A stretch of DNA of 64,000 nt from Alphaproteobacteria bacterium (GTDB taxonomy: Bacteria > Pseudomonadota > Alphaproteobacteria > UBA7887): positions 4,512,001-4,576,000 of the forward strand of contig CBDCGL010000011.1 of the NCBI GenBank assembly GCA_965216755.1, written 5' to 3'. A model generated the notes under the pieces. That model saw only the letters and a list, made by a program, of their open reading frames with translations, was not told the DNA's origin and did no database searches. Made by a program: the position numbers and the translations under genes. Below are positions 12,286-20,925 of this stretch, piece after piece (within the stretch, counting starts at the first letter, position 1; each line of letters starts with the position of its first letter).

Positions 12286-12920
12286 AGATCGTCTCCATAT
12301 TTCGGCAATTTGTCAGAATTGGTTCGCGCCGGAAGTGCTCAGCGAGCGCCGATGGCATAGCAGTGAATGACAATGGCGCTACCATTGTTGAGTTTTCGTT
12401 AATTTTCCCTGTCTTCATGTTCTTTTTCTTGGGCGTGATCGAACTCACGATGGTGTTGTTCGTGTCCGCTCTGTTGGAAGGTGGCTTGCGCGAAGCATCG
12501 CGTGTCGGTGCGACTGGATTCGCACCCGAAGGCAGTGATCGCCTGACCAACATTTTGAATATCATCGAAGACAACACGATTGGGCTTGTCGAGATGAGCG
12601 ATGTCGAACTTGAGACTTTGGTCTACAACAGCTTCGACAGTGTCGGCGCTGGCGAGCAACGGGTCGACGAAGATCCCTGCCCGGAAACCTTGGACGGTGG
12701 CGTTTGCTTTATCGACAGCAACGGCAACGGCCAATTCGATGAAGATTTCGGCGAGCCGGGCCTGGGTGGATCGAACGACATTGTTCTATATCGCCTCAGT
12801 TATGACTGGCCTTCGATCACCGGCTATTTGGGCACGGTGTTTGGGGGCGATGACCAAAAGATTACGCTGGAAGCCGCGGTCGCGGTGCGCAACGAACCCT
12901 TTGGCGCAGCGCAGCAATAA
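12267..12920 (+). CDS. tadE: TadE-like pseudopilin
   Basis: GATIVEFSLIFP prepilin motif followed by TM; C-terminal RNEPF; start uncertain. Confidence 0.85.
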   Translation: MLTVTSQIVSIFRQFVRIGSRRKCSASADGIAVNDNGATIVEFSLIFPVFMFFFLGVIELTMVLFVSALLEGGLREASRVGATGFAPEGSDRLTNILNIIEDNTIGLVEMSDVELETLVYNSFDSVGAGEQRVDEDPCPETLDGGVCFIDSNGNGQFDEDFGEPGLGGSNDIVLYRLSYDWPSITGYLGTVFGGDDQKITLEAAVAVRNEPFGAAQQ

Positions 12921-12950
12921 TGAGCCACAGCGTGAGGATAGACGTTGACC

Positions 12951-13535
12951 ATGAACACAATTCACACGAAAACGATACCGCATAAGCGGTCCGCGGTCCC
13001 TGCTGCGTTGTGGCGCGACACGCGCGGCGTGGCCTTTATCGAAGTGGCGATTTTTCTGCCTGTGCTGGTCATGCTGACCTTGGGCACGTTGGATCTCGCG
13101 CGCTACATCTTGATCAACCAGCGCATGGATCGGGCGGCCGCGACGCTGGCGGATCTGACCGCGCGAGTCGAAGCTGTGACTGAAACGGACGTCGACCAAA
13201 TCTTCTTCTCTGTTGAACAGGTTGCCCAGCCGTTTGAACTCAACAACGATGGCATTGCCATCCTGTCGTCGGTTGTCGGACAAGGTGGCGCACCGATTAT
13301 CGATTGGCAGCGCTCTGGCGTCGGCACGCTCGGCGAAGCAAGTCGGCTCGGCACAGAAGGTGGCACCGCTGATCTGCCCGATGGGTTCACTGTTGGTGAC
13401 GGTGAGGGCATGGTTGCTGCGGAAATTATCTACAGCTATACGTCGATTTGGTTGTCGGGACTGGTGCCGGCGCGCGAACTGTACTTCCGCACGTTCTTCC
13501 GGCCGCGCCGAAGCTTGACGGTGGAGTTGGAATAG
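12951..13535 (+). CDS. TadE/TadF-like pseudopilin
   Basis: RGVAFIEVAIFLP prepilin motif, AAATLADL, C-terminal RPR. Confidence 0.85.
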   Translation: MNTIHTKTIPHKRSAVPAALWRDTRGVAFIEVAIFLPVLVMLTLGTLDLARYILINQRMDRAAATLADLTARVEAVTETDVDQIFFSVEQVAQPFELNNDGIAILSSVVGQGGAPIIDWQRSGVGTLGEASRLGTEGGTADLPDGFTVGDGEGMVAAEIIYSYTSIWLSGLVPARELYFRTFFRPRRSLTVELE

Positions 13536-13962
13536 GCGCCGGAAAGCGGCGACATCCGAGCGGCGGTGCGGCAACCGCCGCCGCTTCGCCGCGTTACGTT
13601 TGATTGATGTCCCGCCGCGCTGCGCCCGTGCCGCGGCGTTAGCACCCCGTGACACGAAATTCGGTCGTGCCGCGACCATCTCGTGGCCGGCCAAATACGG
13701 GTCCGTTTGCAGTTCATAGGTTCAAACGGACTCGTTGCGGGTGCGAATCAAGTTTGTTTGGTAGGGGCTTGATTTCGTTCTCTATTGCAAATTTTCATAA
13801 TATTCGATAAAAATCCAATTAGTGGTGCACAAACCAATGCCTAAACTTGCTATCGGTCTTGGATGATATTTTTCGGTGGCAGGGCGGCGGCGATGACGAT
13901 TGCGCGCGCATCATGACAACGCTGCTATTGGGATAGATCCATCGAAAAGGACGCCGGACAGC

Positions 13963-14655
13963 ATGCCAGAGACGGGGGCTCTGTACCGATTACTGTCATG
14001 GCTCACACCTTTGTTTCCACTTGAAACAGCCCGCATGGATCAGGGGTTGGAGGATGCCGTCGCGTCCGGCGTTCTGGTGGACCGTGAGACGTTGGTGGCT
14101 TGGAGCCGCGGCATTCTGGAGTATGGCGCTGCGTCGTTTGATGCGGTTGTTTTCGCGGCCGCGTGGCGGGCGGCGCGTCGGTCCGACCTGTCGGCGCTGG
14201 AGAACGTCTGCGACTTTGCGGTCAGTCTTTCTGGTGACGCGCATCGCGCGTTGGACAGTACACAGCAGGGCGACGCCTTTCTTCAGGCCGTGATGCGAAC
14301 TTGGCCCGAGTCCGGCCTCATGCGCACGGTCGACCGGCTGCGAAAGCGTGATCATGTGGTTGCCCATCCGATTGCAGTGGCACTGGTGTGCTACGATTCT
14401 GACGTCGCCCTAGAGCATGGCCTGCTGGCATATTTGCACGCCTACGTATCACACATTGTTCTTAAAGCGCGTCGATTGATCCCACTCGACATTAAAGATG
14501 GACAACGCGCAATCGGCATGCTGGAAATGGACGTGCTGCGTGCTGCCCGTATTGCGCGAACACGTACGCCGGCTGAAATCGGGGCGATCCTCAGTCGACA
14601 ACCCGGCGAGGCGTCAGATCCCGACGACCTGACCGGGCAGCCGTTGCGTCATTAG
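13963..14655 (+). CDS. UreF-like (urease accessory) protein, divergent and orphan
   Basis: LYRLLSWLTPLFP...QGLEDAV, STQQGDAF, HPIAVA, AYLHAYVS, RLIPL...GQR follow the UreF pattern. Confidence 0.7.
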   Translation: MPETGALYRLLSWLTPLFPLETARMDQGLEDAVASGVLVDRETLVAWSRGILEYGAASFDAVVFAAAWRAARRSDLSALENVCDFAVSLSGDAHRALDSTQQGDAFLQAVMRTWPESGLMRTVDRLRKRDHVVAHPIAVALVCYDSDVALEHGLLAYLHAYVSHIVLKARRLIPLDIKDGQRAIGMLEMDVLRAARIARTRTPAEIGAILSRQPGEASDPDDLTGQPLRH

Positions 14656-14801
14656 GATCAGGTCGGACGACTTTGGCATTGGCCGCCACGCGTGGCACAC
14701 ATATTCTTGGCCCGAGGCTGGTCACATGGCTATTGCGACTCGGCTGAATAACCTTATCGTTCCGACCAACGCGGCCTGTTCGCGCTTTTGATTGTGGGAT
14801 C

Positions 14802-16637
14802 ATGTGTCAATGTGTCGCGAAGAGGTGGAGCCGGTCGTGCCTGGGGCGTATTTATGTGGTGGTTGGCACCATCGTATCCATTGTGACGGCCGGTGGGTTC
14901 GATGGCGTTGTCGACTTGGCTTTGGCGGACTCCGAGTTGTCGACGCCCTATCAGGTCGAGTTTCTTGGCATTGACGACCAAGCGTTGAGGTCGGCCATTC
15001 GGGCGGCCTCGCGTCTGGTCGCGGACCAAGAAAATCCGCCGGCGACCCCGGCGCAGCTGGATCGTCGCGCCCGACGCGATATGGATACGATCGATCAAGT
15101 ACTGGATTCGCGCGGCTATTATGGTGCCAATGCGACATTTGTGATCGACCAGTCAACCGATCCCGCAACCGTGTTCGTCGCGGTGGAGTCGGGTCCCCCA
15201 TACCCGCTGACCTCGTATCACGCGGTGGCGAAGACCGCGGATGGCATCCCGACCGTACCCATTGAGGAATTGGGTTTGATTTTGGGCGCGCCGGCTGAGG
15301 CGGACACGATTCTAGCTGCCGAGCCGGTTCTGCTCGCGAACATCAAAGCGCGTGGATATCCCTTTGCGGAAATTGCCGATCGCGAGGTCATTGTTGACCA
15401 TCTGACACCTTCGGTCACGGTCACCGTGACAATTGAACCGGGACCGCGTTCCCGGTTCGGCGACGTGAACATTATTGGTCTCGATACTGTTAGGGCAGCC
15501 GTTGTCGAGGACAATATTGCATGGACCATGGGCGAGATATATGACGGTGCGCGCGTTTCCGAGACGATACAGAACCTGCGCGAAACGCAGCTCTTCGACT
15601 CGGTTCGGGTCGACCCGCAGCGGCCCTTGCCTGGCCGCGAAGACGCCACCATGCGCATCACACTTAGCGAGCGACCCGCGCGGACGGTGGGCGCCGGTGC
15701 TGGATATGCAACCAGCGAGGGACCGCGCGTCAAGGCCTTTTGGGAGCACCGCAACATTCTGGGCGACAACGAGCGGTTGCGGATTACGGGCCGACTTGCG
15801 CAACTCGCTAGTGGTCTTGATGGCAGGCTGACAATCCCCAAATTTTGGTCGAAAAGACAGGATTTGTTACTGGGGGCTGAGCTGACGCGTGAATCGACGG
15901 ATGCGTTCGACAGCGACAATATTATTGGTAATGTGGCATTGCGACGGCACTTGACCGAAGATGTCACGGTCTCAGGCGGTGCCCAGGTTGAACGATCATT
16001 CTTGACCGAGAATGGCATTGAATCCAAGTTTACGCTGGTGTCATTGCCGCTTGATGCGCAGTACGACACCAGCAACGATCGTTTGCATCCCACCGGTGGG
16101 ACCCGATTGTCCGCGACAGTATCCCCGTATTTGCAAGCGATTGGCAGTGATCTGAGTTTTGTCAGCGTGAGCCTGTCCGGCGCCAACTACTACCAGGTGT
16201 TTGAACAGGATGGCATCGTTCTGGCCGGTCGCTGGCGCGTGGGCTCCATCCTTGGTCTTGACTTCGACGCAATCCCCACCAACAAGCGATTTTTCTCAGG
16301 TGGCGGCGGATCGGTGCGTGGGTACCAATTCCAAGACATCGGGCCGCGCGGTGGCGATGGCGAACCAGCCGGCGGCCGTTCGCTGATTGAACTGGGCGCT
16401 GAGATACGCTTTCGCGTATTCGAGGATTTCGGGATCGTCCCATTTATCGAAGGTGGCCAAGTTTTTGTCGACGAATTGCCGGACGTGCTTAGTGAATTGC
16501 AATGGGGCGCGGGGCTGGGTCTGCGATACTTCACCGCTGTTGGTCCAATTCGCCTCGACGTGGGCTTTCCTATCAACAAACGTTCGGGGATCGATGATCC
16601 GTTTCAGATCTATATCAGCCTTGGCCAGGCGTTCTAG
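14802..16637 (+). CDS. tamA: Omp85-family translocation and assembly module TamA
   Basis: POTRA domains, RFFSGGGGSVRGY, GLGLRYFTAVGPIRLDVG, C-terminal SLGQAF; upstream of tamB. Confidence 0.93.
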   Translation: MCQCVAKRWSRSCLGRIYVVVGTIVSIVTAGGFDGVVDLALADSELSTPYQVEFLGIDDQALRSAIRAASRLVADQENPPATPAQLDRRARRDMDTIDQVLDSRGYYGANATFVIDQSTDPATVFVAVESGPPYPLTSYHAVAKTADGIPTVPIEELGLILGAPAEADTILAAEPVLLANIKARGYPFAEIADREVIVDHLTPSVTVTVTIEPGPRSRFGDVNIIGLDTVRAAVVEDNIAWTMGEIYDGARVSETIQNLRETQLFDSVRVDPQRPLPGREDATMRITLSERPARTVGAGAGYATSEGPRVKAFWEHRNILGDNERLRITGRLAQLASGLDGRLTIPKFWSKRQDLLLGAELTRESTDAFDSDNIIGNVALRRHLTEDVTVSGGAQVERSFLTENGIESKFTLVSLPLDAQYDTSNDRLHPTGGTRLSATVSPYLQAIGSDLSFVSVSLSGANYYQVFEQDGIVLAGRWRVGSILGLDFDAIPTNKRFFSGGGGSVRGYQFQDIGPRGGDGEPAGGRSLIELGAEIRFRVFEDFGIVPFIEGGQVFVDELPDVLSELQWGAGLGLRYFTAVGPIRLDVGFPINKRSGIDDPFQIYISLGQAF

Positions 16638-16658
16638 GCTCTGGGTAGGCTAGCCGCC

Positions 16659-19600
16659 GTGCGCGTTCTGTTCTGGATCGTCACGGGCATTCTGGTCGTG
16701 TCGCTGGTTGCGATCGGCGGTACCTATGGCGCGCTGCAGACCAATACCGGGCGCGACTATCTGTCTGCCCAAGTCGAAGCCCTGACCCGCGGTACCGACA
16801 ACCATGTGCGGATATCCGGACTGCAGGGGCATGTGCCATTCGATTTTGCTGCCGATGAAATCTCCGTCGCCGATGGCGATGGGGTTTGGTTGACCGTCCG
16901 TGGCCTGGTGCTGGACTGGTCGCCACAATACTTGGTTGGCCGCGTGTTCCGCGCCGAGCGTTTCGCCGTCGAGGAAATTGCCCTGGATCGGGCGCCGCGC
17001 TTGTCAGCAGCGCAGTCCTCAGCGGATTCGGATGCAGACGCCGGCATGGCGATACCGCTGGGGATCGATATTCAGAGCATCCAATTGACTCGGGTCGTGG
17101 TCGGCGCCGCGCTCGCGGGACGCGATGTCGTGTTTGCCGTTGATGGCGAGGCGGCCATCGATCTACCGGCCCAACAGCTTCACGTCGCCATGAAGCTCGA
17201 CAGGTTAGATGGCGTGCCCGGGCGGGCCCGGATCAACGGCACATTTGCCACTGTTACCGAGACGCTGACTCTTGATATATCGATCGACGAGGCGGCCGGC
17301 GGGTTGCTTGGCGCGTTGGCCGGGATGCCCGATCTGCCTGCGGTCACGATGGCGTTGGCCGGCAACGGCCGCCTTGACGACTGGCAGGCAACGCTCGACG
17401 CCCGGGTGCAAGGCCTGGCTGCCGTGACCGGGCAGGCACGCTTGGCCGCCATGCCCGGCGGGCGACAGGCTGAGGCAACATTGGACGCCGATGTCGCCGG
17501 GTTGCTACCCGCCAACCTGCGGCATTTGCTGCGCGATGGCGTTCATGTCGTCGCCTCGTCTCAGTTGATTGATCGCGGTCCGATCGATATCGACCTGCTA
17601 CGTCTCGAAACAACCGCTGGCGCAGCGACATTGTCCGGAACCGTCGACATCGAAGCGCAGCGTGTTGATATGTCCGTTCAAGCCGATGTGGGCGATTTGG
17701 CGGTCGCTGCGCCGTTGATTGGACAAGACATAGCGGGACGCGCGATTCTTGAGGCCGACCTGCACGGGCCTTGGATGTCGACGGTGGCCGAATTTCGTGC
17801 GCGCGCCGATGACCTGGTGCTGACCGATGCCGCGGTCGGCACGATCACCCTTGACGGTGTTGTCCGGCCCGACGGTGGAGACTGGGGTGCCGCCGGGACG
17901 GAGATCGCAGTGAGCGCTGATGGGCACCTCGACGATGTCATGGTCGCCGGCGCCGAGACGGTTTTGGCGGCATTGGGCAACGACGTCGGACTCGCGGCAG
18001 AAGCCCGGGTAAATCAACACACGCAGCTTGTTCTTGTCGACTCTGCCACCGTGCAAACAGCGACCATGGTTCTGTCGTCGGCCGGCCGCGTCGAACTGAT
18101 GGATGGCCGCATGCGGTTCGCCGTGCGCGGTGAGGTGCCTGACTTGGTGCCGTTTGCGCCACTTGCGGGCACGGCACTCGCCGGCGGCATCGGCCTCGAT
18201 GCCGAAATTGAGTTTGGCCAGGCGATGCCAGCAGTTATCGCGTTCAGCGTCGACGGCAAGGAGATGCGCTCAGGCGTCCCGTTCGCTGACGCTTTGATTG
18301 GGACGGCACCGATGGTGGCCGGGGTCGCGGAGATCGATCCCGGGGGCGCGGTGACCGTACGCGAAGCCCGATTGCAAGGGGCGTCGGTGTCGGCCGATGT
18401 TGCGGGCACGCTTGGCGCCGACGGCCATGTTGATGCGATGGTTCAGGCAGCATTGCCCGAACTTGCCGCGCTCAGCGATGCCACCGGCATGGGCGTGGCC
18501 GGCTCCTTCGATGTCAGTGCCGCGCTTAGCGGGACAGTCGCGGCGCCTGCCGCGGTGGTCGATTTCGGATTGCGCGACGCCGTGGTCGACCAATCTCCGC
18601 CGTTGAGCGCCACGGGGCGTATCCATGCCGCCGATCTAACGGGAGCGATTAACGGTCGTGCAGCAATCAATGTAGGCCTTATGGATACCGAAACAACGGC
18701 TGCGTTTGACTATGCCATGGTTGAAGAGGCTGTGTTGATCGACGACATCACGGTCGATGCGACCGCATTGAGAATAGGCGGCGACCTAAGCGTGCCGCTC
18801 AATGGTGGTGCGGCAATTGGCGCGTTGACCGGTCAGGTGACGGATCTGAGCCCCTGGGGCGCGTTGGCGGGTGTAGATGCCGGCGGCCATGTTAGGTTTG
18901 ACTTGGCCTTGCGCGCCGATGCCGGCGGCCAGGGTTTCCAACTCGCCGCAAATGGCGAATCGCTTGTGATGGCCGACAACCCGGTGTCGCTTGCCGCGGT
19001 GGCCGTTAATGTCACGGGCCGTCCCGATCAGTTCGAGTTCGACGTTGACCTTGATGGCAATCACGACCGTCCGATTTCGCTGCAGAGCGCCGGCAACGTG
19101 GCGCGGACATCCGACGGCGGGCAACAGCTGCGGCTGGCTCGGCTCGACGGCCGATACGGAGATATTCCCGTGCAACTCGCCGAGACGGCGGTGATCGATT
19201 TTCTGGGCGGCGCGGTTTCCGTTGAGAATTTCGCGGCGACGGTCGCGACCGGCACCGTGCGCGCACGTGGCCGCTACGGTGAAGAACGCATCGTCTTGAA
19301 TGCCGCGCTCGCCCAACTTCCCGTTGCGCTGGTGGCGCCGGACATTGCCGGCACGGTGGACGTGCAGATTGACGCGGATTTGACGGCAGGTTCACCACGA
19401 CTCGATGGCCGGGCGGAGCTTGTCGGCCTGCGCGTGCAAGATGACTCGATAGGGCCGTTGCCCGGGATCGATATCGGCGCAGACTTGACTTGGCAGGGGC
19501 AAAGTGCGGCCGTTGACATTGCGGCCACTGGCGTGCCCGGTGCCACGATCAGCGCCGGTTTCAGCCTGCCGCTGGGCACCGACGGCGTATCACCCTTGCC

Positions 19601-20915
19601 ACAATGGTCCAGCTCAGGAGAACTAAAAGGTCATGTCTCGGTCGATGCCGCCTTGGAGAAGTTGGCCTTTTTGATTCCGGACGAGAACAGTGTCGTACGT
19701 GGGGCACTGGCGGTTCAGGCCGATATTACCGGCAACATCGCCGAACCCGAGGTTCGCGGGACCACGGCCCTGAGCGGCGGCTATTACGAGAATGTTGCGA
19801 CGGGCACGATTGTCGACGATATCGAGCTGCGGATCCAAGGTGACGATCGTCGGATAACGATTGTCGAGCTCACGGCAAACGATGGTGGCGACGGTCGGAT
19901 CAACGGACACGGGCATATCGACTTGGATGCCGCGACTGATTTCCCGGTTTCATTTGATGTCGAGTTTGATCGCTTTGAAGCTCTGCGCAGCGACGATGCC
20001 ACCGCCGCGGCGTCGGGGGCGCTAGCGGTGCGCGGTCCGACCACGGCGCTTGCGCTAACGGGCGGTGTTACTGTCGGACCCGCGGAAATCCGCATTCCGG
20101 ATTCTGCGCCGGCGGGGGTCACGACATTGGATGTGATCGAAGTTAACGGCCAGGAGGGCGCCGGCGATGACATAGCCCAGCGGGAGCCGAAACGGGAGTC
20201 GCCAATCGCACTGGATATCGATATCAATATGCCCGGCCGGGTGTTCGTCCGTGGTCGCGGCCTGACTTCGGAATGGCGGGGACAACTCAGCGTCACGGGA
20301 ACGAGCGATGCGCCGCTGGTGCTCGGCACCTTACAGGTCGTACGGGGGCAATTCGAACTGATCGGCCGGCTATTGGACCTGGAACGTGGGGTGATTACTT
20401 TTGACCAGGCGGCGGTCAATGACCCGGGGTTGGACATCCGCGCGGTTGGCGACGCGGATGACATCATTGCAGTGATCTTGGTCTCAGGGCGCGCGTCGGC
20501 GCCAGTGTTGGAGTTGACCAGCGAGCCGCCGCTGCCGTCAGACGAAGTTCTGGCGCGGGTCCTGTATGGCAAGAGTGTCGGCAACCTCTCACCCATTCAG
20601 GCTTTGGGCGTGGCTCGCGGCCTGGCCACTTTAACCGGCGTGGGATCGGGTCCCGGGTTTTTGGACAAAGTACGCGGCGTCACCGGGCTTGACACCTTGG
20701 ACGTGCAGTCGGGGGGCGAAAGCGTTGACGAGGGTCGGTTGCGGGCCGGGAAATATATCGCTGATGGGGTTCTGTTGTCCGTTGAGCAAGGGCTAGCTCA
20801 GGGTAGCACGCGCGCCACATTGGAAGTGGATATCACACCAAATATTTCAGTTGAAACGAATGTTGGCGCCGATGCCCAAACTGGGATTGGCGTCAACGTC
20901 AAAACCGACTATTGA
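16659..20915 (+). CDS. tamB: Translocation and assembly module TamB
   Basis: 1418 aa; N-terminal anchor, beta-rich repeats, C-terminal DUF490-like region (VFVRGRGL.SEW.G, S.PPLPSDEVLARVLYG, GKYIAD). Confidence 0.92.
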   Translation: MRVLFWIVTGILVVSLVAIGGTYGALQTNTGRDYLSAQVEALTRGTDNHVRISGLQGHVPFDFAADEISVADGDGVWLTVRGLVLDWSPQYLVGRVFRAERFAVEEIALDRAPRLSAAQSSADSDADAGMAIPLGIDIQSIQLTRVVVGAALAGRDVVFAVDGEAAIDLPAQQLHVAMKLDRLDGVPGRARINGTFATVTETLTLDISIDEAAGGLLGALAGMPDLPAVTMALAGNGRLDDWQATLDARVQGLAAVTGQARLAAMPGGRQAEATLDADVAGLLPANLRHLLRDGVHVVASSQLIDRGPIDIDLLRLETTAGAATLSGTVDIEAQRVDMSVQADVGDLAVAAPLIGQDIAGRAILEADLHGPWMSTVAEFRARADDLVLTDAAVGTITLDGVVRPDGGDWGAAGTEIAVSADGHLDDVMVAGAETVLAALGNDVGLAAEARVNQHTQLVLVDSATVQTATMVLSSAGRVELMDGRMRFAVRGEVPDLVPFAPLAGTALAGGIGLDAEIEFGQAMPAVIAFSVDGKEMRSGVPFADALIGTAPMVAGVAEIDPGGAVTVREARLQGASVSADVAGTLGADGHVDAMVQAALPELAALSDATGMGVAGSFDVSAALSGTVAAPAAVVDFGLRDAVVDQSPPLSATGRIHAADLTGAINGRAAINVGLMDTETTAAFDYAMVEEAVLIDDITVDATALRIGGDLSVPLNGGAAIGALTGQVTDLSPWGALAGVDAGGHVRFDLALRADAGGQGFQLAANGESLVMADNPVSLAAVAVNVTGRPDQFEFDVDLDGNHDRPISLQSAGNVARTSDGGQQLRLARLDGRYGDIPVQLAETAVIDFLGGAVSVENFAATVATGTVRARGRYGEERIVLNAALAQLPVALVAPDIAGTVDVQIDADLTAGSPRLDGRAELVGLRVQDDSIGPLPGIDIGADLTWQGQSAAVDIAATGVPGATISAGFSLPLGTDGVSPLPQWSSSGELKGHVSVDAALEKLAFLIPDENSVVRGALAVQADITGNIAEPEVRGTTALSGGYYENVATGTIVDDIELRIQGDDRRITIVELTANDGGDGRINGHGHIDLDAATDFPVSFDVEFDRFEALRSDDATAAASGALAVRGPTTALALTGGVTVGPAEIRIPDSAPAGVTTLDVIEVNGQEGAGDDIAQREPKRESPIALDIDINMPGRVFVRGRGLTSEWRGQLSVTGTSDAPLVLGTLQVVRGQFELIGRLLDLERGVITFDQAAVNDPGLDIRAVGDADDIIAVILVSGRASAPVLELTSEPPLPSDEVLARVLYGKSVGNLSPIQALGVARGLATLTGVGSGPGFLDKVRGVTGLDTLDVQSGGESVDEGRLRAGKYIADGVLLSVEQGLAQGSTRATLEVDITPNISVETNVGADAQTGIGVNVKTDY

Positions 20916-20925
20916 TCTCTCGTTT

